Assembly: GCA_965248445.1 (NCBI GenBank)
Contig: CBDFJG010000004.1
Span: forward strand, 1,888,001-1,952,000
Direction: 5' to 3'
DNA from: Planctomycetota bacterium
GTDB lineage: Bacteria; Planctomycetota; JAJSAM01; JAJVHW01
Length of the DNA: 64,000 nt
In this document: piece by piece, positions 42,987 to 53,402 of the stretch
Layout of the letters: every line of letters begins with the position of its first letter
How positions within the stretch are numbered: the first letter of the stretch is position 1
Translations under genes and position numbers: made by a program
The notes under the pieces: model-generated
What the model saw: only the letters and a program-made list of their open reading frames with translations
Database searches by the model: none
What the model was told of the DNA's origin: nothing

Positions 42987-44555
42987 GTGAACGACGCTGC
43001 GGAGCTACCTGACAGCGCGACATCGAGCCCTGCGCTCGTCACGCCGCCGGCACGCCCGCATCGCTGGTTCACCGTGTCCCTCGCGGTCCTGCTCGCGCTC
43101 ACGATCGTGGCGCGATTCTTCGCGATCGAGGCCGATGCGCCGTACGCCATCATCTCGCACTCCGGCACATTCCTCACGGACGAGGGCTGGTACACCAAGA
43201 GCGCCCAGCTGCATACCAGGTTCGGTGTCTGGTGCAACGCCGAGGACTTCTGCTGGTACTCGCACAGCTTCTTGGCCACGCTGCTCCAGCGTGCCGCATT
43301 CGGGATTCTCGGGACGGGTCTGGCGACCGCGCGGCTGCTCTCGATCCTCGGATCCGTGATTGCACTGGCGTCCTTGTACGGTATCGCTCGTACCACGCAG
43401 CCACGGGTCATGGCCCTGGTGACCTGCCTGCTGGTCTCGTTGACCCTGCACAATCTCGCGTACTCTCGATTGGCGCTGCTCGAGCCCGTCGGAGTCGGCT
43501 TCTCTCTCGCGGCGCTCTACTTCTGGGTTCGGTTTCCTCGATCGATCGTCGCCGCAGGTGGCGCGATCGCACTGGCAGGCGCAGCGTTCCTCGTCAAGTT
43601 TGCGTTCGCATACTCGTTGATCGCCGCGGGCCTGCTCGTGCTGGGCGACGCCGTCGCGTGCTTCCACCGCGGCGCACGGGGGAGAGCCGCTGCATACGCC
43701 TGCGTCGCCGTGATCGGCTGCCTCGCCGTGTACTCCGTGCACACCGGAGTGGTGAACTGGTCCGCCGGCGACGGTGAGACGTTCGCTGCCTTCCACATCG
43801 CTGGTCGCGTCGAGATGGCGCAGAGCTTGCGCATCATCCTCTATGAGTTGAAGTCGCTCTACACCGTGATGTACAAGACCGGTGCGACTACGCTCACCTG
43901 CTCCCTCGTGGGTGGCGCCCTGTTTCTTCTGATCAAGCAGCGACTGACCGTGCGCACTTTCCGGCGCCGCTGGTCTCGAGCGACATTGGCACTGCTGCTC
44001 TGGGGCGTCGGCGGCGTGACGCTGTTCGGGCTGTTTCGCGGTCAGCCTCCGCGGTACTACTACTTTGCCCTCTTCCCGCTGGTGTACGCCACTGTGATGG
44101 TGACCGGTGAAGTGGTCGGCAAGCGGCACTGGAGGCTGGCCTGCTTGTTCCTCCTGTTCCTGCATGTCACAGTGCAGCTGCCGGGCTACGAGCGGTGGCT
44201 GCGCCGCGATGATCTTCACACCGGCGCGAATTCGGCGCGGCAGATCGTGGCGCGGATCCACGCCCACAACACGACGGGAGAACCCGTGGTGCTGTTGGGC
44301 GGCATTGCGTCGTACGTGACTCTGTTCGATGATCGCATTCGATCGATCGAGTTCAATCCCTGGGAGGGACTGACGGCTCGCCTGCGGCGGTGGCGGCCGC
44401 GATACATGATCGTGGAGCCTTCGCGACTCCCTCAGTTCGAGGAGTTTTCGCCTGGCGTCATCGCCAAGATGGAACTGCTCGAGAGCTACCGGATCATGGA
44501 GAACTACTACACCGGCGAGGACTTCGGACTCTATGTGGTCGCATACTCCGAGTGA
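42987..44555 (+). CDS. ArnT/PMT-like (GT-C) integral membrane glycosyltransferase
   Basis: DEGWY in the first loop, ARL, SR...LE, K after a TM helix, PRYY; many TM helices. Confidence 0.75.
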   Translation: MNDAAELPDSATSSPALVTPPARPHRWFTVSLAVLLALTIVARFFAIEADAPYAIISHSGTFLTDEGWYTKSAQLHTRFGVWCNAEDFCWYSHSFLATLLQRAAFGILGTGLATARLLSILGSVIALASLYGIARTTQPRVMALVTCLLVSLTLHNLAYSRLALLEPVGVGFSLAALYFWVRFPRSIVAAGGAIALAGAAFLVKFAFAYSLIAAGLLVLGDAVACFHRGARGRAAAYACVAVIGCLAVYSVHTGVVNWSAGDGETFAAFHIAGRVEMAQSLRIILYELKSLYTVMYKTGATTLTCSLVGGALFLLIKQRLTVRTFRRRWSRATLALLLWGVGGVTLFGLFRGQPPRYYYFALFPLVYATVMVTGEVVGKRHWRLACLFLLFLHVTVQLPGYERWLRRDDLHTGANSARQIVARIHAHNTTGEPVVLLGGIASYVTLFDDRIRSIEFNPWEGLTARLRRWRPRYMIVEPSRLPQFEEFSPGVIAKMELLESYRIMENYYTGEDFGLYVVAYSE

Positions 44556-44618
44556 ATGCAACGCGGCTCTCGTGCACGAGTGCAGAACAGGCCGAGAATA
44601 CGCGCCGCCCGCGAGGCG

Positions 44619-45119
44619 TCAATCCTCGACGACGTGCGTGGCGAACTCGTCGCGGTAGCGGTTCCACTGCGCGGTGTCGAAGGTGCCATCGCTGAGGCAG
44701 TCCACGGCCGCATAGGCCATGTAGAGCGCGTGGTGCGTATTGTCGTGCGCGAAGAGGCCCTGCCTGCCGTAGCTGAGCAGGCGGTCGATCTTGGACACGT
44801 ACGCGTCGACAGTCGCGAGCGGCTCCTCGTATCCCGTCAGGTAGATCGGGTACGCGTGGGACAGGCGTTTGACGTGCACGGAAACTGGAGGCCGCGCCAA
44901 CGGCAGGCCGGCGCTGGCCAGGTCGTCCGCCACCAGAGTCGCGAGGTCCTCGTCGCTGGCGGTCCAGTGTTCGTCGCCTGTGGAACACGGTAGCTCAGCG
45001 CACACGACCGTGCGCCCTCGGGGCTCGTCGCGGGCCGCGTAGTTCTTCGTCTCCGACAGTCGGGTTATCCGGATGTCGGCTCCTGGGAAGTAGTGCGCGT
45101 CGTACTCGGTGAAATGCTG
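44619..45119 (-). pseudogene. C-terminal half of a FAD-dependent oxidoreductase
   Basis: QHFTEYDAHYFP...AYPIY...GRQGLFAHDNTHH; no native start. Confidence 0.85.
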
Positions 45120-46033
45120 CGGAGGTGGACCTGCCGGCGTCGGTGCGGCGTACCAGCTTGCAAAGACCGGTTCTGCAGAGGCGGTGGTCCTCGAGCGCGC
45201 CGGATACGTTGGCGGCAACGCCGGCAGCTTCGACTGGAACTCCCATCGCCTGGACTTCGGCAGCCACCGGCTCCATCCAGCCTGCGATCCGGGCGTGCTC
45301 GCAGACATCCAGAAGCTGCTCGGGGACGCTCTGCGGGATCGACCGCGGCACGGCCGTATCCGACTCCTGGGACGCTGGGTTCACTTCCCGCTCAAGCCGG
45401 TCGATCTCCTCCTGCACGCGCACCCCGCGTTCGCGGCGGGCGCAGTCAAGGACGCGATCGCCCGCGTCCTGCCCCAGAAGCCGGTTGCCGAGGAGTCGTT
45501 CGGCTCCGTCCTGAACGGGAGTCTCGGTCCGACCATCTGCCGGCACTTCTACTTCCCCTACGCCCGCAAGATCTGGGGGCATGCGCCCGAGGAACTCTCC
45601 GCCATCCAGGCGCGGCGCCGCGTTTCGGCGAGTTCGTTCGGGAAGATCCTGCGCAAGGTCCTGACCCAGGTGCCGGGACTCAAGCCGCCCGGATCGGGCC
45701 GCTTCTTCTACCCGCGCAACGGGTTCGGCAGCATCTCGGAGGCGTACGCGAGCGCCGCACGTGAGCACGGAGCCGACATTCGCATGGGTCACACGGTGAC
45801 TGCAGTGACACGGCCCGAAACCCCGGATGAGCCCTGGCGTGTCACGGCGGAGGCGGACGGCCGTTCGATCGAGCTGACCGGGGATCACATCTGGTCGACC
45901 ATTCCGGTGACGATCCTCGCGCGACTGATGCGCCCCGCGGCACCGCGGCACCGGAGGCCGTGCTCCGGGCCACGAGCGCCATCTCGTATCGAGCAATGGT
46001 GCTGGTCTACCTCGAGTTGGATGTCCAGCATTT
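45120..46033 (+). pseudogene. Inverted N-terminal half of the same oxidoreductase, frameshifted
   Basis: GGGPAG, DFGSHRLH; ends LELDVQH, which joins the minus-strand half through the shared 8-mer CAGCATTT. Confidence 0.85.
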
Positions 46034-47533
46034 GTAACCGTTCACCCCTTGACAGCGTGTGAGCCTCAGCGTGCGACGGGCAGCGGGACCATGACGGGCG
46101 GGTCGGCGCCGGTGAGGTGCGCGGCGACCGAGTCGGCGAGGAAGTCGAAGACTTGGTCGCCACGGCGTCGCAGCGTGGCCGCGGCGGTCAACACGCGCTC
46201 GGCGAAGCGGAGTCCGCGAGCGGACTGGCTTCCGAAGGAGCCCTTGCGCCAGAGCACCGCTTTGCGGACCGCGCGCTCGGCGGCGTTGTTCGTCGGACTC
46301 ACGTCCTGGGTCCGCGCATAGGTGAAGAGGGCGACCACGCGGGGGCGCAGATGGTTGGCCAGAGCCGAGTCGTCGTTCGCGATCAGTCGCTCGAGCCGTC
46401 CGCGCAGCACAGCGGCTTCGCCTTGCAGCCGGTCACGGTCGCCGTGCTCACCGAAGAGCCGGTAGCTGCGCATGACCGACTGCGCGATCATGACGCCCTT
46501 GTTGCCGAAGCGGCGATGTCCTCGCGGGCCTTCGGCCAGCGCACGGAAGGCGCGCTCGATGTGCGCCCAGCAGAGCTGGCGGCGGGCAAGTGGGTGTGAC
46601 TCGTAGGCACCCATCCGGTCGCTGATCACCGTGCCACCGAAGCGCCGCCCGATCAGCCGCCCTTTCGCCTTGGCACTGCGGCGGCGATCGATCCCGAAGG
46701 CTGTGGCGTGCTCGCTCTCCGCCGCCCACAGCCAGCACACCCGGCCCCGTTCCTTCCACGACGTCTCGTCCACGTTGGCTCGCAGCGACGTGCGGACTGC
46801 CCCGAGGGCTTCGAGGTACGACGAGTGCAGAGCGTCACTGAGCCGACGCTCACAGTCGCTGATCTTGCCCAGCGACATCTTCACACCGAAGATCTCACCG
46901 AGCAGCCGCTGCGTCTCCCGCACGCTCACGCGGTACACGCCGCGCAGCGCGCCGGCAAGTGTGGTCAGCCGCGGACCGAAGGCCCCGGTCGGCACGCCAT
47001 CGGGCAGGACCGCCGTCGTGACCGCACGACAGCGCCGGCACCGCGCCTTGTGCAGCCGGTGCTCCCGCACCGTGACGAGCACGCGCGGGAGCACCGTCAC
47101 CTGGTGCCGGTACGGATCGCCGATGCCCTGCTCGAGATCGTCGTGTCCGCACGCGTCGCAGAGGTCGGGACGGTGCTCCTTGGTCTCATCGACGTTGGAC
47201 GGATCCACCAGCTCGCGCGCCGTGCCCTCATGGCCCGGCTGTCCGCCCTGCTGGCGACCGCTACGCGGCCTTCGGCCGCGACGGCGCTTGGACCACGCCG
47301 GGTCCGACGACGGAGGCCTCGAGCTGTTGCGGGAGTCACGCTTCAGACGCGACTCGAGCTCGTCGATGCGGCGCAGATGCTTCGCTTCGCGACGCTCCAG
47401 CTCCTCGATCCAGGCCAGAAGGCCCTCGACCATCGCCCGCAGATCCTCGTCCTGCCGCTCGCCCACAACCTCTTGATCGACCGATGGCCGAACGATCTGG
47501 ATCCTGGCTCGCGACGAAGGGGTGAACGGTTAC
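46034..47533 (-). mobile_element. IS66-family element A, copy 3 (transposase 46066-47466)
   Basis: Same IRs and 1500-bp length; flanks differ from each other. Confidence 0.93.
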
Positions 47534-49424
47534 GAGTCCGCGGGATCAGTCGTCATCTGCTCGCAAGAGCCGAGGCACTTTGGTCCTTCGCCGACGGTAC
47601 CCGTTCAGGGTATGACGATCCGCGGCCTCAGCGCGTGATCGGGAGCGCGACGAGAGCCGGCGGCGAGCGGTTGTGCGCGAGTGCCGCGCTGACGTCTGCG
47701 AGGTAATCGAAGACGCTCTCGCCACGCTGGCGGAGCGTGGCGGTGACGGTCAGGATGCGCTCGACGAAGCGGAGTCCGCGCTCGCTCTGACTTCCGTGCG
47801 TTGCGCGTCTCCACAGGACCGGCTTGCGCACCGCGCGCTCAGCGGCGTTGTTCGTCGGGGAGACGCCAGGGACGTCGGCGAAGGTCCACAGAGCCTCCGC
47901 TCGGTCGAGCAGATGCCGAGTCGTTCCGCGTACTCGGCGGTGCTTGCTGTCTGCGCCGCGCACGAGCAGCGTCAGGAGTCGGTCCCATGTGAGACGCAGC
48001 TCACGCCGCATGCGGTCGCGGTCCCCGTGCTCGCCGAAGTGACGCTGAGCTCGCATGACAGCCTGGGCGAGACGCACGGCCTGCTTGCCGAAGCGCCGGC
48101 CGCCGCGCGAGCCCTCGGCCAGCGCTCGAAAGTCCCTCTCGAGATGCGCCCAGCAGATCTGGCGGCGCTCGGTGGGATGCTGGTCGTAAGCGCCCATACG
48201 GTCGGTCACGAGGACGCCCCTGAAGCGCTTGCCCACGAGTCGCCGCATGGCCTTGGCGCTCCTGCGCCGATCGATACGATGGACCGTGGCGTGCTCACAG
48301 ACCGCGCTCCACAGCCAATGCAGCGTGCCACGACGCGACCACGGTGTCTCGTCTACATAGGCGACGCTGCTCGTGCGTACGGCCCCGAGGGCCTCGATGT
48401 GCGCTGAGGAGATGGCTCCCGACACCCGCTCCTCGATCGCACTGACCGTGCCCGGTGACATCGAGACGCCGATGACGTCACGCAACAGACGACTGGTCTC
48501 GCGCCGCGACAGGCGGAAGACGCCGACCAGAGCCGCGGTGAGCGCACAGAGTCGCGGGCCGAAGGGACTCGCCGTCACACCGCTTGGCAGCGAGGCAGTG
48601 GACGTGGCGCCACAGTCCGTGCACCGTGCCCGGTGCAACCGGTGCTCGGTCACCTGGATCAGCCGTGGCGGGACCTCGAAGACCTGCTGGCGTGTCGGGG
48701 CGCGATCGATCGGGACGAGCACGTCGCTCCCACACGCGCTGCACTCGCGCGGGCGGTGGTCCTCTACGCCATCGACCTCGGACTCGTCCACGAGCTTGCG
48801 CGTCGCCCCTTTGTGGCCGGGCTGCGCACCCTGGCGCTTGTCCGACGGCGGCTTGCGCCGCCGCCGCTTCTTGGACCACGACGGATCCGAGGACGGTGGG
48901 CGCGAGGAGGTGCGGGAGTCCCGGCGAAGACGGCTCTCGAGATCGTCGATCCGTGCCGCCTGCCGCTCGATCACCTCCGCCTGCTCGGCAATCGTCTCGT
49001 CCCGAGCGTCCAGACGACGGGTCAGGCGCTCGACCAGATCACGCAGCTCATCGGTGCCCACATCCGATTCATCGACCGAACGGAAAGCGATCTGGATCCG
49101 AGCTCAGAACCAAGGGCTGAACGGGTACCGCCGACGTGCCGGGTGTCTCCCCGACCAACAACATCGCCGAGCGCGCCGTGCGCAAACCAGTGCTCTGGCG
49201 CCGCGGCACCCACGGCAGCCAGAGCGAGCGAGGACTGCGCTTCGTCGAGCGCATCTTGACCGTCACCGCCACCTGCCGGCAGCGCGGCGACAACGTCTTC
49301 GACTACCTCGTCGCCGCGTCGCCGCCACCAGCGCCGCCGGGCTCGGGCAACCGCCGCCGACTCTCGTCGCGCTGCCGATCAGTCGCTGAGCACGGGGCTG
49401 CTCACTCATGACCTGAACAGGTAC
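47534..49424 (+). mobile_element. IS66 element B 3' fragment interrupted by element C
   Basis: 47534-47596 and 49137-49424 match the reverse complement of about 25089-25431; end CCTGAACAGGTAC. Confidence 0.88.
47597..49128 (-). mobile_element. IS66-family element C, intact (transposase 47628-49061)
   Basis: IRs GTACCCGTTCAG; 8-bp TSD CGCCGACG at 47589-47596 and 49129-49136. Confidence 0.94.
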
Positions 49425-49474
49425 GCGCGGCGGGGCCTTTTCTGAGTTGTACGTAGATCCTCAGTTCGTGGCTG

Positions 49475-49915
49475 CTACGGGCACTCACACCACCAGGTTG
49501 AGTTTATCCCCTGGAGCGCGCTGTTCGGCTCGCAGTCGTTGGGGCAACCCCGCTCTTGACACCATGGCTGGAAAGTGCCGACAGGCATTCCGGCGGGCGT
49601 GAAGAACATCAGGTTGCACAGCGTTGCCGTGTCGCCCTGCGGCGTCGAGAACATGCCGGTGTTGTGGTCGAAGCAGATGCAGTAGGCAAGCGTGTTCCCC
49701 GTTGTCGGGTTCGTGACGTTGACCTCGAAGCAGTCAACGTTGGGGCCAACGCATGAGCCAAGGCAGTTGAGAGGCGGAGTTCCGGCACCGCCAAGCGGCA
49801 TTGTGGCACCCGCCGAGTAGCAGTCACCGGGGTTACCCGCAAGCGCGACGCTCCCGAATGACCAAGCAACCACGAACATCGCGATCATCGCCACGAACGC
49901 TAATGTGAATCTCAT
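49475..49915 (-). CDS. Secreted cysteine-rich protein (12 Cys)
   Basis: GGAGGTG RBS; signal peptide ending ALA; ends WWCECP. Confidence 0.8.
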   Translation of the reverse strand: MRFTLAFVAMIAMFVVAWSFGSVALAGNPGDCYSAGATMPLGGAGTPPLNCLGSCVGPNVDCFEVNVTNPTTGNTLAYCICFDHNTGMFSTPQGDTATLCNLMFFTPAGMPVGTFQPWCQERGCPNDCEPNSALQGINSTWWCECP

Positions 49916-49948
49916 AATCACCTCCAGTGTTCCAAAACAAAAGATACG

Positions 49949-50329
49949 TCAGGTCGTCTGCTCGGTGTCTCCTACGATTGAGAGCGCACAACCGCTCAGC
50001 CCGAGCGAAAGCAACAGCGCCGATATTGCAAGGCGTAGCGGTGGAGCGACGCTCACGGCCCCGAAACACCCGCATCCAGCTGCCGAGGCAGCGCCGCTCT
50101 GCTGCTCCACGACTTGCCACGCCACAAAGCCTGTGCCCAGCAAAGCCAAGCCGATGAACCCAACGCCCCGACTGCGCGGCAACAAGATGAGAGCGGCCAC
50201 CGCGGCTTCAACACACCCCACCGTCAACGCCAGAGCGCCCCCCGTCCCGGAGCGGAACTTCAGCCACACGATTATTGACAGGATAGCGATAGCCACGATC
50301 GATACGGAAGTGCGTGCCGCGAGTTTCAC
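49949..50329 (-). CDS. MauE/DoxX-like membrane protein
   Basis: TM helices, a conserved E in a TM segment, GCGCFG motif. Confidence 0.65.
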   Translation of the reverse strand: MKLAARTSVSIVAIAILSIIVWLKFRSGTGGALALTVGCVEAAVAALILLPRSRGVGFIGLALLGTGFVAWQVVEQQSGAASAAGCGCFGAVSVAPPLRLAISALLLSLGLSGCALSIVGDTEQTT

Positions 50330-51324
50330 TATTCGAACGCCCTTGCCACGGCAGCGTCCGCCTCACTTCGAATAGACTCCAGGTTCCCGATCCCCTGGTC
50401 TAGATCCTGATCCTCACCGCGCCTGACCAACCATAGTCTGCCAAGCTGGACTCTGAACGCCACGACGTCCTCATCGACGGGTCTGGCACTGCCGCCTCTA
50501 GCAGCCTCTGCCACGGCCGCGAAAAGCCGATGCCGGGCACGCTGAAGCTCGTCGCCCCACTCGAAGAACAGCTTCTCAAGCTCCGCTCTACGAACAGGGT
50601 CCATTCGGTCCAGTCGTTCGCCGTGATGCAGCGCGGTTTGCTCTGGCGCCGTGAGAACCGGGATGCGGCTGAACATACCCGAGTCGGCGCCGATGAGAGC
50701 TTCGAATAGCCCGGCAGAACGGTACCCCAGGGACTGGAACCCGCCTCGGCTAAGAGGAGTAGGGCGCCTGAAGTTGGCCCTGCCCAGCCTCCGTATCAAG
50801 GACGTTCTGTCTTCGTAGATCAAGCGATCGGAGCCATTCTCACCGACGGTCTGAAGATACTCAGCTGGCGAAGCATGCAGCGGTCGCACGGCTACGTCAT
50901 CGTACGTCGCCCGAAACAGCTGTACAGCCTGTGTTCCCGCAACGACTTCGTAAATCGCCTGACGCGGACCTACTGCTTGGTCGATCTCCGGTGCCTCGCC
51001 TGATCGGGCCAGCTCTGCCCCGGTGCTCACATCAGGAGGTGCATCGTCTGCTGATGGAGGCCCTGCACTATCGCCTCCTGGGGTGGCGCCACTCGACTCT
51101 CCTTGGATTAGTTCCGTAGCCTCGGTGTCCGCTTGCTCCTGCTCTCCGGACGGGGGCTCCTCGACGCTGGAGGTACGGTCGATATCTCGCAAAGCATCGA
51201 CAACGTCGGTTCGCCCTTCGGATAGCGCGATCTCGACGCCCATTCGAGCTGAGATGCCGGCGGCAAACAGTGTCAATCCACCGACAACAGCCAGAATGAC
51301 GGCCTTACTCATTGAAGAACTCAT
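50329..51324 (-). CDS. Membrane-anchored hypothetical protein
   Basis: N-terminal TM helix, acidic linker; overlaps neighbouring genes. Confidence 0.65.
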   Translation of the reverse strand: MSSSMSKAVILAVVGGLTLFAAGISARMGVEIALSEGRTDVVDALRDIDRTSSVEEPPSGEQEQADTEATELIQGESSGATPGGDSAGPPSADDAPPDVSTGAELARSGEAPEIDQAVGPRQAIYEVVAGTQAVQLFRATYDDVAVRPLHASPAEYLQTVGENGSDRLIYEDRTSLIRRLGRANFRRPTPLSRGGFQSLGYRSAGLFEALIGADSGMFSRIPVLTAPEQTALHHGERLDRMDPVRRAELEKLFFEWGDELQRARHRLFAAVAEAARGGSARPVDEDVVAFRVQLGRLWLVRRGEDQDLDQGIGNLESIRSEADAAVARAFE

Positions 51325-52276
51325 CTAGTAAGGCCGCAAATCGATCTCGTAGTTCTGTGATGTCAGATGCCGCCTCCCGGACACGCGGCGTCGATCTATC
51401 GTCACACAAGTAGAGTTGTCGATCGATCACGGCGTATCCAACCGCGTGTGTGGATGCTGTCGTATCCACGGCCAGTGTATCCAGCGACTCGAACACGGCC
51501 ACCAACTCGTCACGCCGGCGCTCCGCGAGGTTCTGCAAGTCGCGCAGCAGACGCTCTCGTACTGCCGGGTCGAGGGCTCGCCCGCGCTGCTCTTCTTCCC
51601 ATGCGATGGACTGATCCGCGGATGCGATCGGAAGAAAGTCCCTGCCAGACACACTCTCGTAGCCGCGCCAGTACTGGATCTCTTCGTCAGTCAGAGATCC
51701 CACGATTTGGAAACGCGCGCTGTCCCACGGAGCTGGACCCGTGCGCTCTAGTCTCGCGACATTGCTGCGCCAGAAGCGAAGGTGGAGCGGTTCGGTGACG
51801 CCGAGTGCCGTCCTTGCCCTCTTGGTGAATGTGTCGGTTGCGTTCTTATCCTTGTTCAGAACGAACTTGACCATGACATCCGACATGCACTGTTCGGTCG
51901 CGACCACGCTACCGTCTTGCCACGCGCTAGAAGGGGCGCGCGACTCCCAAGGGTGCTTGAGTGCCACCTCGGAAATCGCCGGGTCCTGGCGAGCGTGGTC
52001 GCCCTCGGTCGTGTCTTCGCCTTCGGCTTCGCCGACGCGGTCGGAGCCCTGCACTGCTCGCTCGACGCGACGTCGCCGGCCATCGCCTTGCGCCGCGTCA
52101 TAGACTCGGCTTGCCGCATCTCCGGATGGAGGCGCCTTGTCCGTGACAGGGTCCGGACTTGAGCCGGCGGGTGGGTCGCCGTCAAGCCAGATAATCAACT
52201 GTCCGATGAGGACACCGAGCAGGAACACGCCAACAGCGAACACGACTCTCGCCGCCGGAGTATGAGGAGTCCACAT
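51305..52276 (-). CDS. Membrane-anchored hypothetical protein
   Basis: GGAAGGA RBS, N-terminal TM helix, helical C-terminus resembling that of the next gene. Confidence 0.65.
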   Translation of the reverse strand: MWTPHTPAARVVFAVGVFLLGVLIGQLIIWLDGDPPAGSSPDPVTDKAPPSGDAASRVYDAAQGDGRRRRVERAVQGSDRVGEAEGEDTTEGDHARQDPAISEVALKHPWESRAPSSAWQDGSVVATEQCMSDVMVKFVLNKDKNATDTFTKRARTALGVTEPLHLRFWRSNVARLERTGPAPWDSARFQIVGSLTDEEIQYWRGYESVSGRDFLPIASADQSIAWEEEQRGRALDPAVRERLLRDLQNLAERRRDELVAVFESLDTLAVDTTASTHAVGYAVIDRQLYLCDDRSTPRVREAASDITELRDRFAALLDEFFNE

Positions 52277-52538
52277 GGCGGTTCCTTCCATCCGAGCCCT
52301 GTTCGTCCCCGCCCGAGACCACGCTGCGATCGGCAGTCCAGACTGTGCGGAGGTGCGGAGACGCACTCTTTCACCGGGGAGCATATCAGGGAGTGCGTGC
52401 CGGTCTGCCGGTCAAGAGGACAGCGGAGTGGGAGATGCGTCGAGATGGGAGCGTAGACCTCGTCACAGGAGACAAGAAGGGGCTGCCCTTGATCGACTGA
52501 GAGCCCTCGGCGGCCTCTTGGACCTCCGCTCAACTCAA

Positions 52539-53402
52539 TCATGATCGCCGCAGCCGTCGGAGTGCCTGCGCGATAGTCTTCGCGACGACTTCTCGCTGCG
52601 AGCCCCCGCCGCCAGAAGAGATGGGTCGCAGCCGGGTCTTCACGCGGTAGCCGAGCACGCGATTGTCGTCCGGCGAAAGCGGCTCCGGGAGCGCTGCCAG
52701 GAGTTCCTCGGGTTTGAGAAACCTCACACTTCCCATCCGCTCTGCGCCAAGCTCCGACTCTGCACGCGCTCGCACCGAGCGCAGGTTGCCAGCTCTCGGG
52801 GCAATCACGACGATGTCTGTCAGCCCGGCATTCAGGCACTTCCGGATGTTGTCGACCTCGTGCGCCGCACTTGTCGTGACCGAGATCTCAACTGCGATGA
52901 CCGTCTCGCCTCGTTCGAGCAGCACGTCGACTCGACCAGCCTTCCCCACCGTCGCCTCGACGGTTGCGATGAACCCCTTGCTCTGTGCATGCTGGCAGAT
53001 CAGCGACTGCAGGTACTTGTGCTGCGGTCCACCCCGGCCGGCAGTCGCTTCCTCGCGCGGTGACTCTGGCGGAGTCGGCGGGTCCGCGAGCTCCGTGCGC
53101 TCTGGCCTCGCGACGACTGGCTGCTGGGGGTCTTTGTCTTTGGGCTCAGTCGTTCGGCGCCGGATCGCTCGAGCCGGAACCACGGCGGCGATCACCTGCT
53201 CCACGTCTACACGTTGGCTCGCGTAACGCCGGCGAGAGTTCTCCCGGACCCTCTCGCGTGTCGCCACGGCTGTCCCCTCGTCCAAGGGATCTCTGCGGTC
53301 CGTCGTAAGGTTGAAGTCATGACGCGATCGGCCAACGCGACACACCGCTTCCCCCACCCCGAGGTCCTGTAGGTCCTCCGCAGAGAACGACCTGAAGCCC
53401 TT
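52539..53402 (-). pseudogene. 3' part of a VirD4/TraG-like coupling protein with a C-terminal PD-(D/E)xK-like domain, truncated by IS66
   Basis: DLQDLGVGEAVCR...FNL, GRGGPQHKYLQ, RVDVLL...IAVEIS. Confidence 0.55.

Noticed and set aside
49475..49915. Methylamine dehydrogenase small subunit (mauA)
   Set aside because: The Cys count is similar, but there is no Tat motif, no recognisable MauA sequence and no mauB/D/G nearby.
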